The notes under the pieces: generated by a model
What the model saw: the letters and a program-made list of their open reading frames with translations, nothing else
Told to the model about the DNA's origin: nothing
The model's database searches: none
Translations under genes and position numbers: made by a program
In this document: in pieces, positions 47,298 through 55,871 of the stretch
How positions within the stretch are numbered: the first letter of the stretch is position 1
How the letters are laid out: each line of letters opens with the position of its first letter
Source of the DNA: a virus
Taxonomy: Duplodnaviria; Caudoviricetes
DNA: 64,000 bases
Virus record (IMG/VR): IMGVR_UViG_3300023053_000001
Coordinates: 1 to 64,000 of that record
Reading direction: 5' to 3' (one strand)

Positions 47298-47659
47298 GTG
47301 TACTTTGCGATGGAATCCATCTAGCCGCCTACTGACAGAATAAGCGGTCGTCCAGGTAGTGCCTTGCCAGCGATGCAACGCTGGCCCGTACTGAACTGTC
47401 TGCTGTGGTGCCTTTCGAACCGATCTGGGGAGATAGGTTGCACATCACAGAAGTTGTCGCTCAACCGAATGTCATCCATGCGCCGTCCACTTAGTAACGC
47501 CTGAAGCCGACCTACGGGTCTGGTCGATGCCGTGAAGCCTGGCGGGGTGTGAGGTGACGGTAGTTAAGAGTCTTCAGCCTTCAGGGTTTACCGTTAGCCG
47601 CGGCCGCGAGCTTACTGTGAATTCTGCTGGGTGCCGACTTTGTCTCACCAACTTCTGAC

Positions 47660-47693
47660 TCCTAGGCCCTCTCCGGGGGCCTAGGACTTTTTT
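47660..47693 (+). terminator. intrinsic terminator closing the large RNA
   Basis: TCCTAGGCCC/GGGCCTAGGA stem followed by CTTTTTT. Confidence 0.85.
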
Positions 47694-47709
47694 GCCGCTC
47701 AACCGATTT

Positions 47710-47727
47710 TGAGACATATAACACCCG
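47710..47727 (+). promoter_or_regulatory. candidate early promoter motif (copy 3)
   Basis: TGAGACATATAACACCCG, 13/18 match to copies 1 and 2; also reads TTGAGA-17 nt-TATAGG. Confidence 0.55.
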
Positions 47728-47791
47728 AGGGTATAGGTGAAAACTTATATGCCGTCTGTATGGGTTGTACTTCAACCCAACTGGATACTCC

Positions 47792-49300
47792 ATGTCGCAC
47801 TATGAGCTGAACCAGGACGTCAACCTGACCGCCGGCAACACCGTCCCGGAGAACACCACTGCCGCTGTGCGCTACGCGCTGGCCAAGCAGCTGGGCATCA
47901 TCAAGCAGGAACTCTGGGAACTGCGCAACCTCGGTATCGCCGTCAACAACTACAAGGAAATCCGCGACGGCGTGGGTGACGCCATCGTGGTGTGGGACGG
48001 CTTCGTCCACTACGCCAGCAACTACCTGACCCATCCGGGCCAGGTCGAACACGAAGACCAGATGCCGACCGTACTGGCCGTGACCCGCGCCATGGACCGC
48101 CTGGACGAACTGCATGCCGAAGCCACCGACATGTTCGAGCACGACGAGTTCGCCGACGCTGTCGTCAACGGCTGCCAGTCCTCGATCGAGCGTCTGCAGA
48201 AGCTGGTCGTCGCGGCCTACGAGAACATCGCCACGATCGCCACGTACTACGCGGTGCCGATCATGCCCGACCAGTACGCGATCTACGATTCGAACATGTC
48301 CAAGTTCGACACCGACTCGCTGACCGCTGCCGAAGGCATCGCCGAATACCAGAAGCAGGGCGTTCCGGTCAAGATCGTGGACACCCAGCACAAGGGCGTC
48401 AGCTACTACATCATCCGCGTGGCCGAAACCGTCGTGGTCAACGGCAAGGAATACGTGGAAGGCAAGTTCCTGAAGTCGGTCGATTTCAAGAAGCCGGACT
48501 TCGTCGACACCCCGGAAACCGTGCGCATGGGCGAGTACCTGGCCGAGCTGGGCAACCCGCAGGAAGCCCAGGCAGCCCGCGATGCGATGGCCACGCCGGC
48601 CGAAGCCGTCGGTGGTGTCACCGAAGGTCTGGAAACCCAGATCGCCGACGTCAAGGCCACCGGCCTGTCCCAGGACGAACGTGAGCCGGGTCGTGACTAC
48701 TACGAGCTGAAGGTGCATCGCGCCAACGGCGAGACGGTCAGCATGAAGGTCAACCTGCCGGCCGACGTCTATGACGGCGACAAGGCCTTGATGAACTTCA
48801 ACCTGGTCTTCAACGAAATCGAGCAGGCTCGCCTGACGCAGTTCATGGACCCGGACAAGCGCGCTGCGATCACCAGCCTGCTGGGCTGGGCCAGCCTGAT
48901 GGCCACGATCAGGAACCTGAACGAGCGCCGCGTGATCAGCGTCGAACTGGACCCGGCCGATACCGACCCGGGTGCCACGCTGGCCTTCCTGGCGGAGAAC
49001 CTGAACAACACCGTCGAAGCCCCGGAACAGTCGGTCGACGATGATGTCCAGATCCACCTGCCCGATCCGCTGGAAGAAGTGCAGAAGATCCTCGCCGTGG
49101 AACGTTCCATCTGCGCAGCGATCGAACCGCTGCTCCCGGCCGATGAGTACGGTACGCACCTGCGTTACCTGCTCTCGCTCGATCCGCCGGACCTGGGTCA
49201 GTACGGCAGGCCCGAAGCGGTGCTGGTCCGCCAGAACCTGATCGACGCCTTCGCTGCCGCCGTGCGTGAAGGCCGCTACAAGCCGGCTTCGGCCGAGTAA
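47792..49300 (+). CDS. acidic hypothetical protein (~502 aa), probably highly expressed
   Basis: Extreme GC3 bias; behind promoter copy 3; terminator downstream. Confidence 0.8.
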   Translation: MSHYELNQDVNLTAGNTVPENTTAAVRYALAKQLGIIKQELWELRNLGIAVNNYKEIRDGVGDAIVVWDGFVHYASNYLTHPGQVEHEDQMPTVLAVTRAMDRLDELHAEATDMFEHDEFADAVVNGCQSSIERLQKLVVAAYENIATIATYYAVPIMPDQYAIYDSNMSKFDTDSLTAAEGIAEYQKQGVPVKIVDTQHKGVSYYIIRVAETVVVNGKEYVEGKFLKSVDFKKPDFVDTPETVRMGEYLAELGNPQEAQAARDAMATPAEAVGGVTEGLETQIADVKATGLSQDEREPGRDYYELKVHRANGETVSMKVNLPADVYDGDKALMNFNLVFNEIEQARLTQFMDPDKRAAITSLLGWASLMATIRNLNERRVISVELDPADTDPGATLAFLAENLNNTVEAPEQSVDDDVQIHLPDPLEEVQKILAVERSICAAIEPLLPADEYGTHLRYLLSLDPPDLGQYGRPEAVLVRQNLIDAFAAAVREGRYKPASAE

Positions 49301-49379
49301 TACCCGTAAACCGCATGGGGCCCCTATACGGGGGCCTCTATGCCGTCCCGCCCCAACCCTCTATCACTTGGGAACTGCT

Positions 49380-49718
49380 ATGCGTAAACAACCCGTCACT
49401 GTCGCTAACCGTCGCTTCGATTCCATGAAGGAAGCGGCACGGGTCAAAAAGCTCCACCCTGCAACGTTGCGTTACCGCTGCTATTCGGAAACCGAACGCA
49501 TGCGTCCGTTCAAGATCGTTCGCCCCAAAGTCAACCGTCCGAACAAACGGGGTAAGAACGTCGTGGTCATCGCAGGTGGCCGTCGCTTCAAATCCTTCGT
49601 AGGCGCTGCGTTCTACTACGGCGTCTCCGATTCCACCATCCGTGCTCGCTGTGCGAGCGATCGTTATACGTCCTACTACCTGTGGGATACCGTCCGTAAC
49701 TGTGAGGTCATTCTCTGA
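49380..49718 (+). CDS. tandem NUMOD1-like HTH DNA-binding protein with no nuclease domain
   Basis: Two repeats: PVTVANRRFDSMKEAAR...ATLRYRC and VVIAGGRRFKSFVGAA...STIRARC. Confidence 0.7.
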   Translation: MRKQPVTVANRRFDSMKEAARVKKLHPATLRYRCYSETERMRPFKIVRPKVNRPNKRGKNVVVIAGGRRFKSFVGAAFYYGVSDSTIRARCASDRYTSYYLWDTVRNCEVIL

Positions 49719-50485
49719 TGAGCACCGAAAATCCCACCCGTATCGAAACCCTGATCGCCGATCTGCTCAAGCTGGCCGATTTCCTCAACAACATCCATCC
49801 TGACGATCTGATGGCTGACATCCTCAGCCTGCACGGCTTGGGCCCCAACAGCCTGTTCCCGCCCAATGGCTTGACCAACATCAAGCTCACCCGTGCTGAC
49901 ATCCTGGAACACCTGATGAAGCACTATCCGGAATACTACGGACCGCTGCCGTCGCATCTGTACGAAATCAACTCCAAGGCCATGCAGGCGCTGAAGGAGC
50001 AGATGGTGGCTCACACCAAACATTACCATCCGAAAGGTCAGCCGTACAGCAAGACCAGCGCCGGCGGGTTCTACAGTGCCGGCTACAGTGAGAACGGAGA
50101 TCAGTTCGACCTGCCGATGGAAGTGTTCCGTGTGAAGTCTGAGGATGTCATTGCATATCTGGCCGATTGGCTCATGTGTAATGGCGGTCACTCGAAGTTC
50201 CAGTTCAACCTCGCGCAGGCACAGCGTCATGAGGAGCTGATCAACGTCATGGGTAATGACCCGACGGGTGATGACGTAGCGTTTGCCCGTACCGGCAACC
50301 TGTACGTGGCCGATGTCAGTGGTCGTCAGTCGTGGCTGTACAAGACCTCCTTCTTCATGCATACCCACATCGGTCGGCGTCAGCAGGATACGGCCCAGAT
50401 GATCGAAGACCTCCATGAGTTCTACGATCAGGTCTTTGCCGAACGCGGTCTGAAGATGCGCATCATCTACATCGAGGACTTGTAA
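49718..50485 (+). CDS. hypothetical protein, 255 aa
   Basis: TGATG coupling; coding bias. Confidence 0.7.
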   Translation: MSTENPTRIETLIADLLKLADFLNNIHPDDLMADILSLHGLGPNSLFPPNGLTNIKLTRADILEHLMKHYPEYYGPLPSHLYEINSKAMQALKEQMVAHTKHYHPKGQPYSKTSAGGFYSAGYSENGDQFDLPMEVFRVKSEDVIAYLADWLMCNGGHSKFQFNLAQAQRHEELINVMGNDPTGDDVAFARTGNLYVADVSGRQSWLYKTSFFMHTHIGRRQQDTAQMIEDLHEFYDQVFAERGLKMRIIYIEDL

Positions 50486-50587
50486 TGCCCAGCCCCCTCC
50501 CGTTATGGGAGGGGGCTTTAGGCCGTCTTTTCATTTGGTTAAAAATTCACCAGCTCGTAACATCGTTTGACTTATTGCGAAATGGCC

Positions 50588-51490
50588 GCCATGTTCGAAG
50601 ACCCGCAGCACCTTACGGCTTTCATCCCGCCCGTCAACTCCAAGTTGATGATGATCGACTTTACTCCTGCTGCGCGTTCGAGCGATGCCCGCGACCTGAC
50701 CAAGATCCTCAAGGCTTTCCCCATCGGCGCCGGCTCCGATCAAATCGGGTATGTCGAAGCGAAGTTCATGGGACAGCTGGTGGTTTTCCCGATCCTGTGT
50801 TTCGCCCACGATCACTCGGTGGACTTCAAGCGCGTAGTGAATGCGCTGGAACGTACCCTGAAGCGTCGCCAGATGGTACTGGTCGAACTGATCCTGTTGG
50901 GTCGCAACGATCGTGCTTACGGTGAATACATGGCCGAGCAGATCCTGACCAACGTTGCGGTACTGGAGTCCAATCTTCCTGCTGCCATGCTGAATCAGGC
51001 ATATCTGGCCATGAGCGCGGAATGGAAACGTTACGCCCGCGAAGCTGAGGAGTTGCCGGAACGTGGACCGTTCAGCGCCGAGTATCTCAACATGCTCGAG
51101 CAACGTTTGCGCGATACCAGCTATGAGAGCAGTGTCGTGCAATACGCCTATCAGGCCCAGTCGAAACTTCAGAACGCCGTGCGCGATGAGTTCCGGTTCG
51201 TCAAGATGGATTACAACGACCTGATGAACCGATACGCGGTGCCCGCTGAGGACCCTGCGGCCGATCTGGTTCGCGCTGCGTTCAAGAAACTCGAAGACGT
51301 TGCCATGGAGCATCCGTATAGCGGACATCCTACGGGAGCGTTGATTGCCCACCTCCTGCATGAGATGGTCAGTTTCGCACCCATTGCCAAGGTCAAGATG
51401 CGCGAACGTTACAAGGCGCGCGTTGCCGCGCTCAGTCGCTGGCAGCGCCTGCTCCACCATCTCCACATCCGAAGGATCGACGTGCGATGA
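50588..51490 (+). CDS. hypothetical protein (~300 aa; start uncertain)
   Basis: Long ORF with coding bias. Confidence 0.6.
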   Translation, partial: AMFEDPQHLTAFIPPVNSKLMMIDFTPAARSSDARDLTKILKAFPIGAGSDQIGYVEAKFMGQLVVFPILCFAHDHSVDFKRVVNALERTLKRRQMVLVELILLGRNDRAYGEYMAEQILTNVAVLESNLPAAMLNQAYLAMSAEWKRYAREAEELPERGPFSAEYLNMLEQRLRDTSYESSVVQYAYQAQSKLQNAVRDEFRFVKMDYNDLMNRYAVPAEDPAADLVRAAFKKLEDVAMEHPYSGHPTGALIAHLLHEMVSFAPIAKVKMRERYKARVAALSRWQRLLHHLHIRRIDVR

Positions 51491-51633
51491 CTCAGCTTCC
51501 TCCAGGCGGTGCACTGCGCACGCGCCCTTATCCCAATCAGCCGGGGAATCCCGGTCAGCCCCCGATGCCGAAACAACCCCGCGATCGAATCGTGGTGCTG
51601 GTCTCGGATGTCGACAACACACCCGAGAAGACC

Positions 51634-52221
51634 ATGACCACCAAGATTGCCAAGACCCCCGCCAAGCAGGGTTCGAAAGTTGCCAAGAAGATCGCCGCCA
51701 AGACCGCTGCGAAGAAGGCTGCCGCCAAGAAGACCGTGCTGAAGGCACCGGCCGCTGCCCAGCGCAAGAAGCTCAACACCGCCCTCGACGCCCAGGGCCC
51801 GAGTACCCTGACCGTGGACGTGTACAAGGGCAAGGCCAAGCCGGCCACCGGCGGCATCATCAACAAGCTCAGCGCCGGCCTGCAGAAGCTCGGTGAAGAG
51901 AACGCTACCGCCAAGACCGGCCGTGGCCTGACCGCTCCGGTTATCCACATCGACGCGGCGGCGTTCCTCCCGGCCAAGCCGAAGGCGCTGGTCTCCAAGC
52001 ACGTCCAGATCGACTTCAGCAAGGGCAAGCAGCTGGTTGGTCGTACGCTCGCCCAGGCCACCCGTGGTCTGAAGGCCTACGTGGTTGCCACCCACGCCGA
52101 GTCCAAGACCGACTACGTGTTCTCGTTCAACGCCCTGTCGACCAAGCCGGCCGTCGTCAAGGCGACGCTGCGCAAGGCGCTGGCCCAGCGCGGCTTCACC
52201 GTCAAGACCATCGCGGCCTGA
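51634..52221 (+). CDS. histone H1-like Lys/Ala-rich DNA-binding protein
   Basis: MTTKIAKTPAKQGSKVAKKIAAKTAAKKAAAKK N-terminus; basic throughout; extreme GC3 begins at this ATG. Confidence 0.7.
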   Translation: MTTKIAKTPAKQGSKVAKKIAAKTAAKKAAAKKTVLKAPAAAQRKKLNTALDAQGPSTLTVDVYKGKAKPATGGIINKLSAGLQKLGEENATAKTGRGLTAPVIHIDAAAFLPAKPKALVSKHVQIDFSKGKQLVGRTLAQATRGLKAYVVATHAESKTDYVFSFNALSTKPAVVKATLRKALAQRGFTVKTIAA

Positions 52222-52392
52222 CGTCCAACGTTCCAGGGGGAGCTTGTCGGGGGACTTCGGTCCCCCGGCAGGCTTTTATGCCGCGTCATCGTAAACATTT
52301 ACAAACCTACATTATCCAATGGCTAGTACCCACCAGCCCTCTCCGCGATTTTAGGCGGGCTAGTCCATTTATGTTCAGATGAGAAACCAATC

Positions 52393-52923
52393 ATGTCCGA
52401 TGACGCACCCCGCAAGCTCACCTCGATCGATCGTCATTTCATTCCGGCCTACCATGCGTGGTTGGTCGAGAACGGCTTCACTCCCGATGTCCTGATCTTC
52501 GCCGACCATCCCGGCGTAATCATCCCGCCGAACCTGACGTTGGCCGACGCCACCCCGGTGTTCGACCCGGAGTTTGGCATGGTCCAGATCCCGCTGCGTT
52601 CGATCGTGCTCAACATGTCTCCGAAGGCGTGCTCGGGTCTGAGATTTACCGATGAGGCGATCTACTTCGCTGCCCGCTTCGGCGGCAAGCGTCATCAGGT
52701 CGTCATTCCGTACTCGGCAGTTATCTGCCTCAACGCGCGCGAAGACCAGTGGAACATCTACCACTTGCTGCCGCGCAAGGTGCTGACGATCGAGAACGCC
52801 CAGATGTCGCTACTGCCGGAAGATGTCGTCTACGGCTTGATCGACTTGGCCCCGGTCGCCCCCAGCAGTGAACCGCCCCGGCCGGTCAAGCGTGAGCGTC
52901 CCCAACTGTCTATCGTGAAGTAG
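52393..52923 (+). CDS. sspB: ClpXP adaptor SspB homolog
   Basis: AYHAWLVENGFTP, IVLNMS, FAARFGG, IPYSAV; C-terminal RPQLSIVK matches the XB-type tail. Confidence 0.9.
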   Translation: MSDDAPRKLTSIDRHFIPAYHAWLVENGFTPDVLIFADHPGVIIPPNLTLADATPVFDPEFGMVQIPLRSIVLNMSPKACSGLRFTDEAIYFAARFGGKRHQVVIPYSAVICLNAREDQWNIYHLLPRKVLTIENAQMSLLPEDVVYGLIDLAPVAPSSEPPRPVKRERPQLSIVK

Positions 52924-52931
52924 GAGTTGTC

Positions 52932-53720
52932 ATGAACAAGTTCGTGATTCGCGTCACCCGCTATCATGATGAAATGGTGGCGGTAGGCGGCAGTGAGATC
53001 TGCCCGGAAGTCTCCCATCGTGAGATCCTGTACATCGTGCAAGATGGTCCGCGAGCGTGGACTGCCCAGGGCGAGTGCAAACTCGATGTTGCCAGCAATC
53101 TCGACGAAGCGCTGATCTTGAATGAAAACAAGGCCAGTGAGATGTACCGTCGCATTCTCGATGATGGGCTGTACAGTCCGGGCCACGGTTCCATCGAACG
53201 CCTGCGACCGCTTACCCGTCGTTTGTTCGGCCTGGGACTGACCCACGGTACGATCAAGCCGCGCGTACGTGAAGTGTTGGTCGAGGTGGTCCCGCTCGTA
53301 CTGGGCATGGCTCGCACGACGGAGATGGCGGTCATCTCTGCCACGATGGAAGTGGACATCCACAACGGCGATCGTTTCTCAGCCACGCGCAGTGTGCGTG
53401 AGTCGGTGAGCGATGATCCGTTCACGATGACCAAGCAAGATGAGATTGGGCGACCGGCCCCGCTCACTGACCGGGCGGTGTGGTATCTGACCCACACCAG
53501 TCATTCGCTGACGATGGCGCGTGACATGGTGGGGCGCCACACCCTCAATGCCGTGGGCTTCGATCGCATCCATTCGATCATCCGCGACGCACAGCGCCTC
53601 CGTGACGAACATATCCGCAAGCTGAGCGTCGATAACCCCACCCAGAACACCCCACTGTTCATTTCCAAACTGACTGGCGTTGAGCTGTCGGTTGTGGAAG
53701 CTGCCCTCAAGGAATCCTGA
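52932..53720 (+). CDS. hypothetical protein, 262 aa
   Basis: AGGAG RBS. Confidence 0.7.
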   Translation: MNKFVIRVTRYHDEMVAVGGSEICPEVSHREILYIVQDGPRAWTAQGECKLDVASNLDEALILNENKASEMYRRILDDGLYSPGHGSIERLRPLTRRLFGLGLTHGTIKPRVREVLVEVVPLVLGMARTTEMAVISATMEVDIHNGDRFSATRSVRESVSDDPFTMTKQDEIGRPAPLTDRAVWYLTHTSHSLTMARDMVGRHTLNAVGFDRIHSIIRDAQRLRDEHIRKLSVDNPTQNTPLFISKLTGVELSVVEAALKES

Positions 53721-54484
53721 TGTCCCTCCTGTCTGACAAATCCATCCACAAGCGCTGCGTCGTTCCCAATCGCATCTTCGATCAGGCTTACTTCGATGTC
53801 CTGGTCGCCAGCCAGAACGGTAAGGGTTGGCCGATGACTGATGTGGCGATCAGCGACCTGCGCGCCGAACTGCGTCGGCAGGCCACACGTGAACCCACGG
53901 CCGAAGAGCAGCGTGACTTCAAGCCGATGATCGCACCGTATCACCCGCGCCTGCTGCGCGAAGTGCCGGTCGGTCCGGATGGCCGCATGTTGAAGATCAT
54001 CTCCAAGGGCCAGTCGTCGTATGGTTACGACGTCACCCTCTCCCCGGAACTGCGCCTGTTCACCAACACCTTCTCCAAGATCATCAACCCGAAGAAGGTG
54101 GATGTGGAGAAGTGCACCGTTCCGATGGAACTCCATCACGATGAGGAGTTCGGCGACTACGTCATCATGCCGCCCAATTCCTACGCGCTGGGCCGGACGG
54201 TGGAATACTTCCACATGCCGCGCAACCTGACGGTGGTGTGCCTGGGTAAGTCCACCTACGCTCGCGTGGGCGTGGCGGTGAACGTTACTCCGATCGAAGC
54301 CGGCTGGCACGGTAACGTGGTGCTGGAGTTCTCCAACAACACCAACTCGCCGGTCATGCTCTTCGTCCGTGAGGGCGTGGCTCAGTTCCTGTTCTTCGAA
54401 GGTGATGAGGACTGCGAAGTCAGTTACGATGACCGTGGTGGCAAGTACCAGGGTCAGACCGGCATCACCCACGCGAAGGTGTAA
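53720..54484 (+). CDS. dcd: dCTP deaminase
   Basis: ISKGQSSYGYD, GKSTYARVG, TPIEAGWHG, AQFLFFE and YQGQTGIT motifs. Confidence 0.95.
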   Translation: MSLLSDKSIHKRCVVPNRIFDQAYFDVLVASQNGKGWPMTDVAISDLRAELRRQATREPTAEEQRDFKPMIAPYHPRLLREVPVGPDGRMLKIISKGQSSYGYDVTLSPELRLFTNTFSKIINPKKVDVEKCTVPMELHHDEEFGDYVIMPPNSYALGRTVEYFHMPRNLTVVCLGKSTYARVGVAVNVTPIEAGWHGNVVLEFSNNTNSPVMLFVREGVAQFLFFEGDEDCEVSYDDRGGKYQGQTGITHAKV

Positions 54485-54486
54485 TC

Positions 54487-54993
54487 ATGAACTACTTTGG
54501 TAAGCGTACGATCGAACCCCAGTCCCATAGCGTCAAAGATCGCCATATGTGCGGGGATGAAATCATCTTCACCCATGTGGCTCCTGTTGAGGTGGGGCAA
54601 GATCAAACGCTATTGAACGTCAATGGGGACGGTGACCAGGAGTTGTACGATCGTGGCCTGTTCATGATGACCGACCACTTGGACATTCGTGCCATCACCC
54701 ACATTCTCGATGTGGATGATGTCTTGCACACGGTGTCGATCGGTAGCTCCTTCAATCGCAACCAGCGACTCGCTCACCTGGCTGCACGCCTCCGGTCGGA
54801 GCATCAAATCCTGCGACTGGACGTGATGGTCGAAACATCGACTGGCCATGTCACCAGTACGGGTAATGATCGCGTCAAGGGTTTCATTCTGGGCGGCAGT
54901 CGTGGGTTCAACTGCAACATCCCCAATCTGAATGTCAGTGACCTTCCGCGCGGTAAGGGCAAGCGCGGCAGTAGGCCCAAGGTGCGGGTATGA
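54487..54993 (+). CDS. hypothetical protein
   Basis: Coupled to dcd. Confidence 0.6.
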   Translation: MNYFGKRTIEPQSHSVKDRHMCGDEIIFTHVAPVEVGQDQTLLNVNGDGDQELYDRGLFMMTDHLDIRAITHILDVDDVLHTVSIGSSFNRNQRLAHLAARLRSEHQILRLDVMVETSTGHVTSTGNDRVKGFILGGSRGFNCNIPNLNVSDLPRGKGKRGSRPKVRV

Positions 54994-55166
54994 CTGCGGC
55001 GAGCAAGGTCATCATCCACAGCCTGATTGGCGGAGTCGTCGCGTTTGTCCTCCTGCTTATCGTCGTGTTCGCTACCGGTTCTACTTTCGGCCAGCGCTGC
55101 GCCAAGATCCATTCTGAAAAGGGTGAGGCTTGGCAGCAGTGCATCAAAGACCTCCAAAGGGGTTAA
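54990..55166 (+). CDS. 58-aa membrane protein (not in ORF track)
   Basis: ATGA overlap; TM helix followed by a Cys pair (GQRC...WQQC). Confidence 0.6.
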   Translation: MTAASKVIIHSLIGGVVAFVLLLIVVFATGSTFGQRCAKIHSEKGEAWQQCIKDLQRG

Positions 55167-55167
55167 C

Positions 55168-55464
55168 ATGTCCAACGATCAATTCCAAATCCCTGCGCGG
55201 GCAGATATGCGCATCAGTCTCCGTACGCATGAGCGTGCTGAGATGCCTCCGGGTTGGAGGGCGCCGCACACACGCGTGCAGGCGATGCTCAACATCTTCC
55301 ACCAGCGGAAATGGATGTTGGGAATCCGTCGTCGTAACAGCAACGCTGCTATCGAGGGACTGCAGAGGTATGTCGACCTGATGGTCGTCCAAGGGATGTT
55401 CAGTCCGCCGGTGTCTCGCTGGCGCCGTTGGACTCGCCCGTTCCGTCGTCTGAAGGCAGCCTGA
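55168..55464 (+). CDS. hypothetical protein
   Basis: Coupled ORF. Confidence 0.55.
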   Translation: MSNDQFQIPARADMRISLRTHERAEMPPGWRAPHTRVQAMLNIFHQRKWMLGIRRRNSNAAIEGLQRYVDLMVVQGMFSPPVSRWRRWTRPFRRLKAA

Positions 55465-55487
55465 CATGTCCGCACAAAGGAGTTGAA

Positions 55488-55871
55488 ATGCCCTGTTATT
55501 CTGGGCCGGAAATGCCCGATGTAAATGCCAGCATCAATGCACAGGGGGCTAAAATCCTCTGCGCGCTGGCGCGCAATCTGTACGAGACCAAACAGTTGGA
55601 TGGCAACCCCGCACTTCGCGCGTGGTTCATGGCACATCTGGCCTCCGACATCTACGGTGCTCGTTACGTCCAAGGTCATGGGGAGCAGAAGGCGAAAGAC
55701 ATCGCCATCCTCGCAGATCTGATCGGTCCCAACCCACCGCTTTCGACGGAGTACCACGCCGGCATGAAGAATGGCTACATGGCCATTTTGATAGTTACTC
55801 CGTCCAATGGTCCGGAACCGTTGCTGGTGGATGTGGAATACCGCGAAGTCACCTCAGGGAGGAAGCGCTAA
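55488..55871 (+). CDS. hypothetical protein
   Basis: AAGGAG RBS; MPCYSG start. Confidence 0.65.
   Translation: MPCYSGPEMPDVNASINAQGAKILCALARNLYETKQLDGNPALRAWFMAHLASDIYGARYVQGHGEQKAKDIAILADLIGPNPPLSTEYHAGMKNGYMAILIVTPSNGPEPLLVDVEYREVTSGRKR

Larger units (their letters stand above)
46878..47693 (+). ncRNA. large (~800 nt) structured RNA, GOLLD/ROOL-scale, unclassified; boundaries approximate
   Basis: 984-nt gap without a coding-biased ORF; more than ten helices with G-U pairs on the + strand; GAAA and C(UACG)G tetraloops; embedded cloverleaf; own terminator. Confidence 0.7.

Noticed and set aside
46878-47693. tmRNA (suggested by nearby sspB)
   Set aside because: The cloverleaf has a D stem and no G3-U70, is internal, and no tag frame ending in AA-stop was found
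23850-54484. Hypermodified-base pathway from tmk, thyA, dcd and HD genes
   Set aside because: ThyA keeps the dUMP-specifying Asn; no hydroxymethylase, glycosyltransferase or aGPT-type genes are visible
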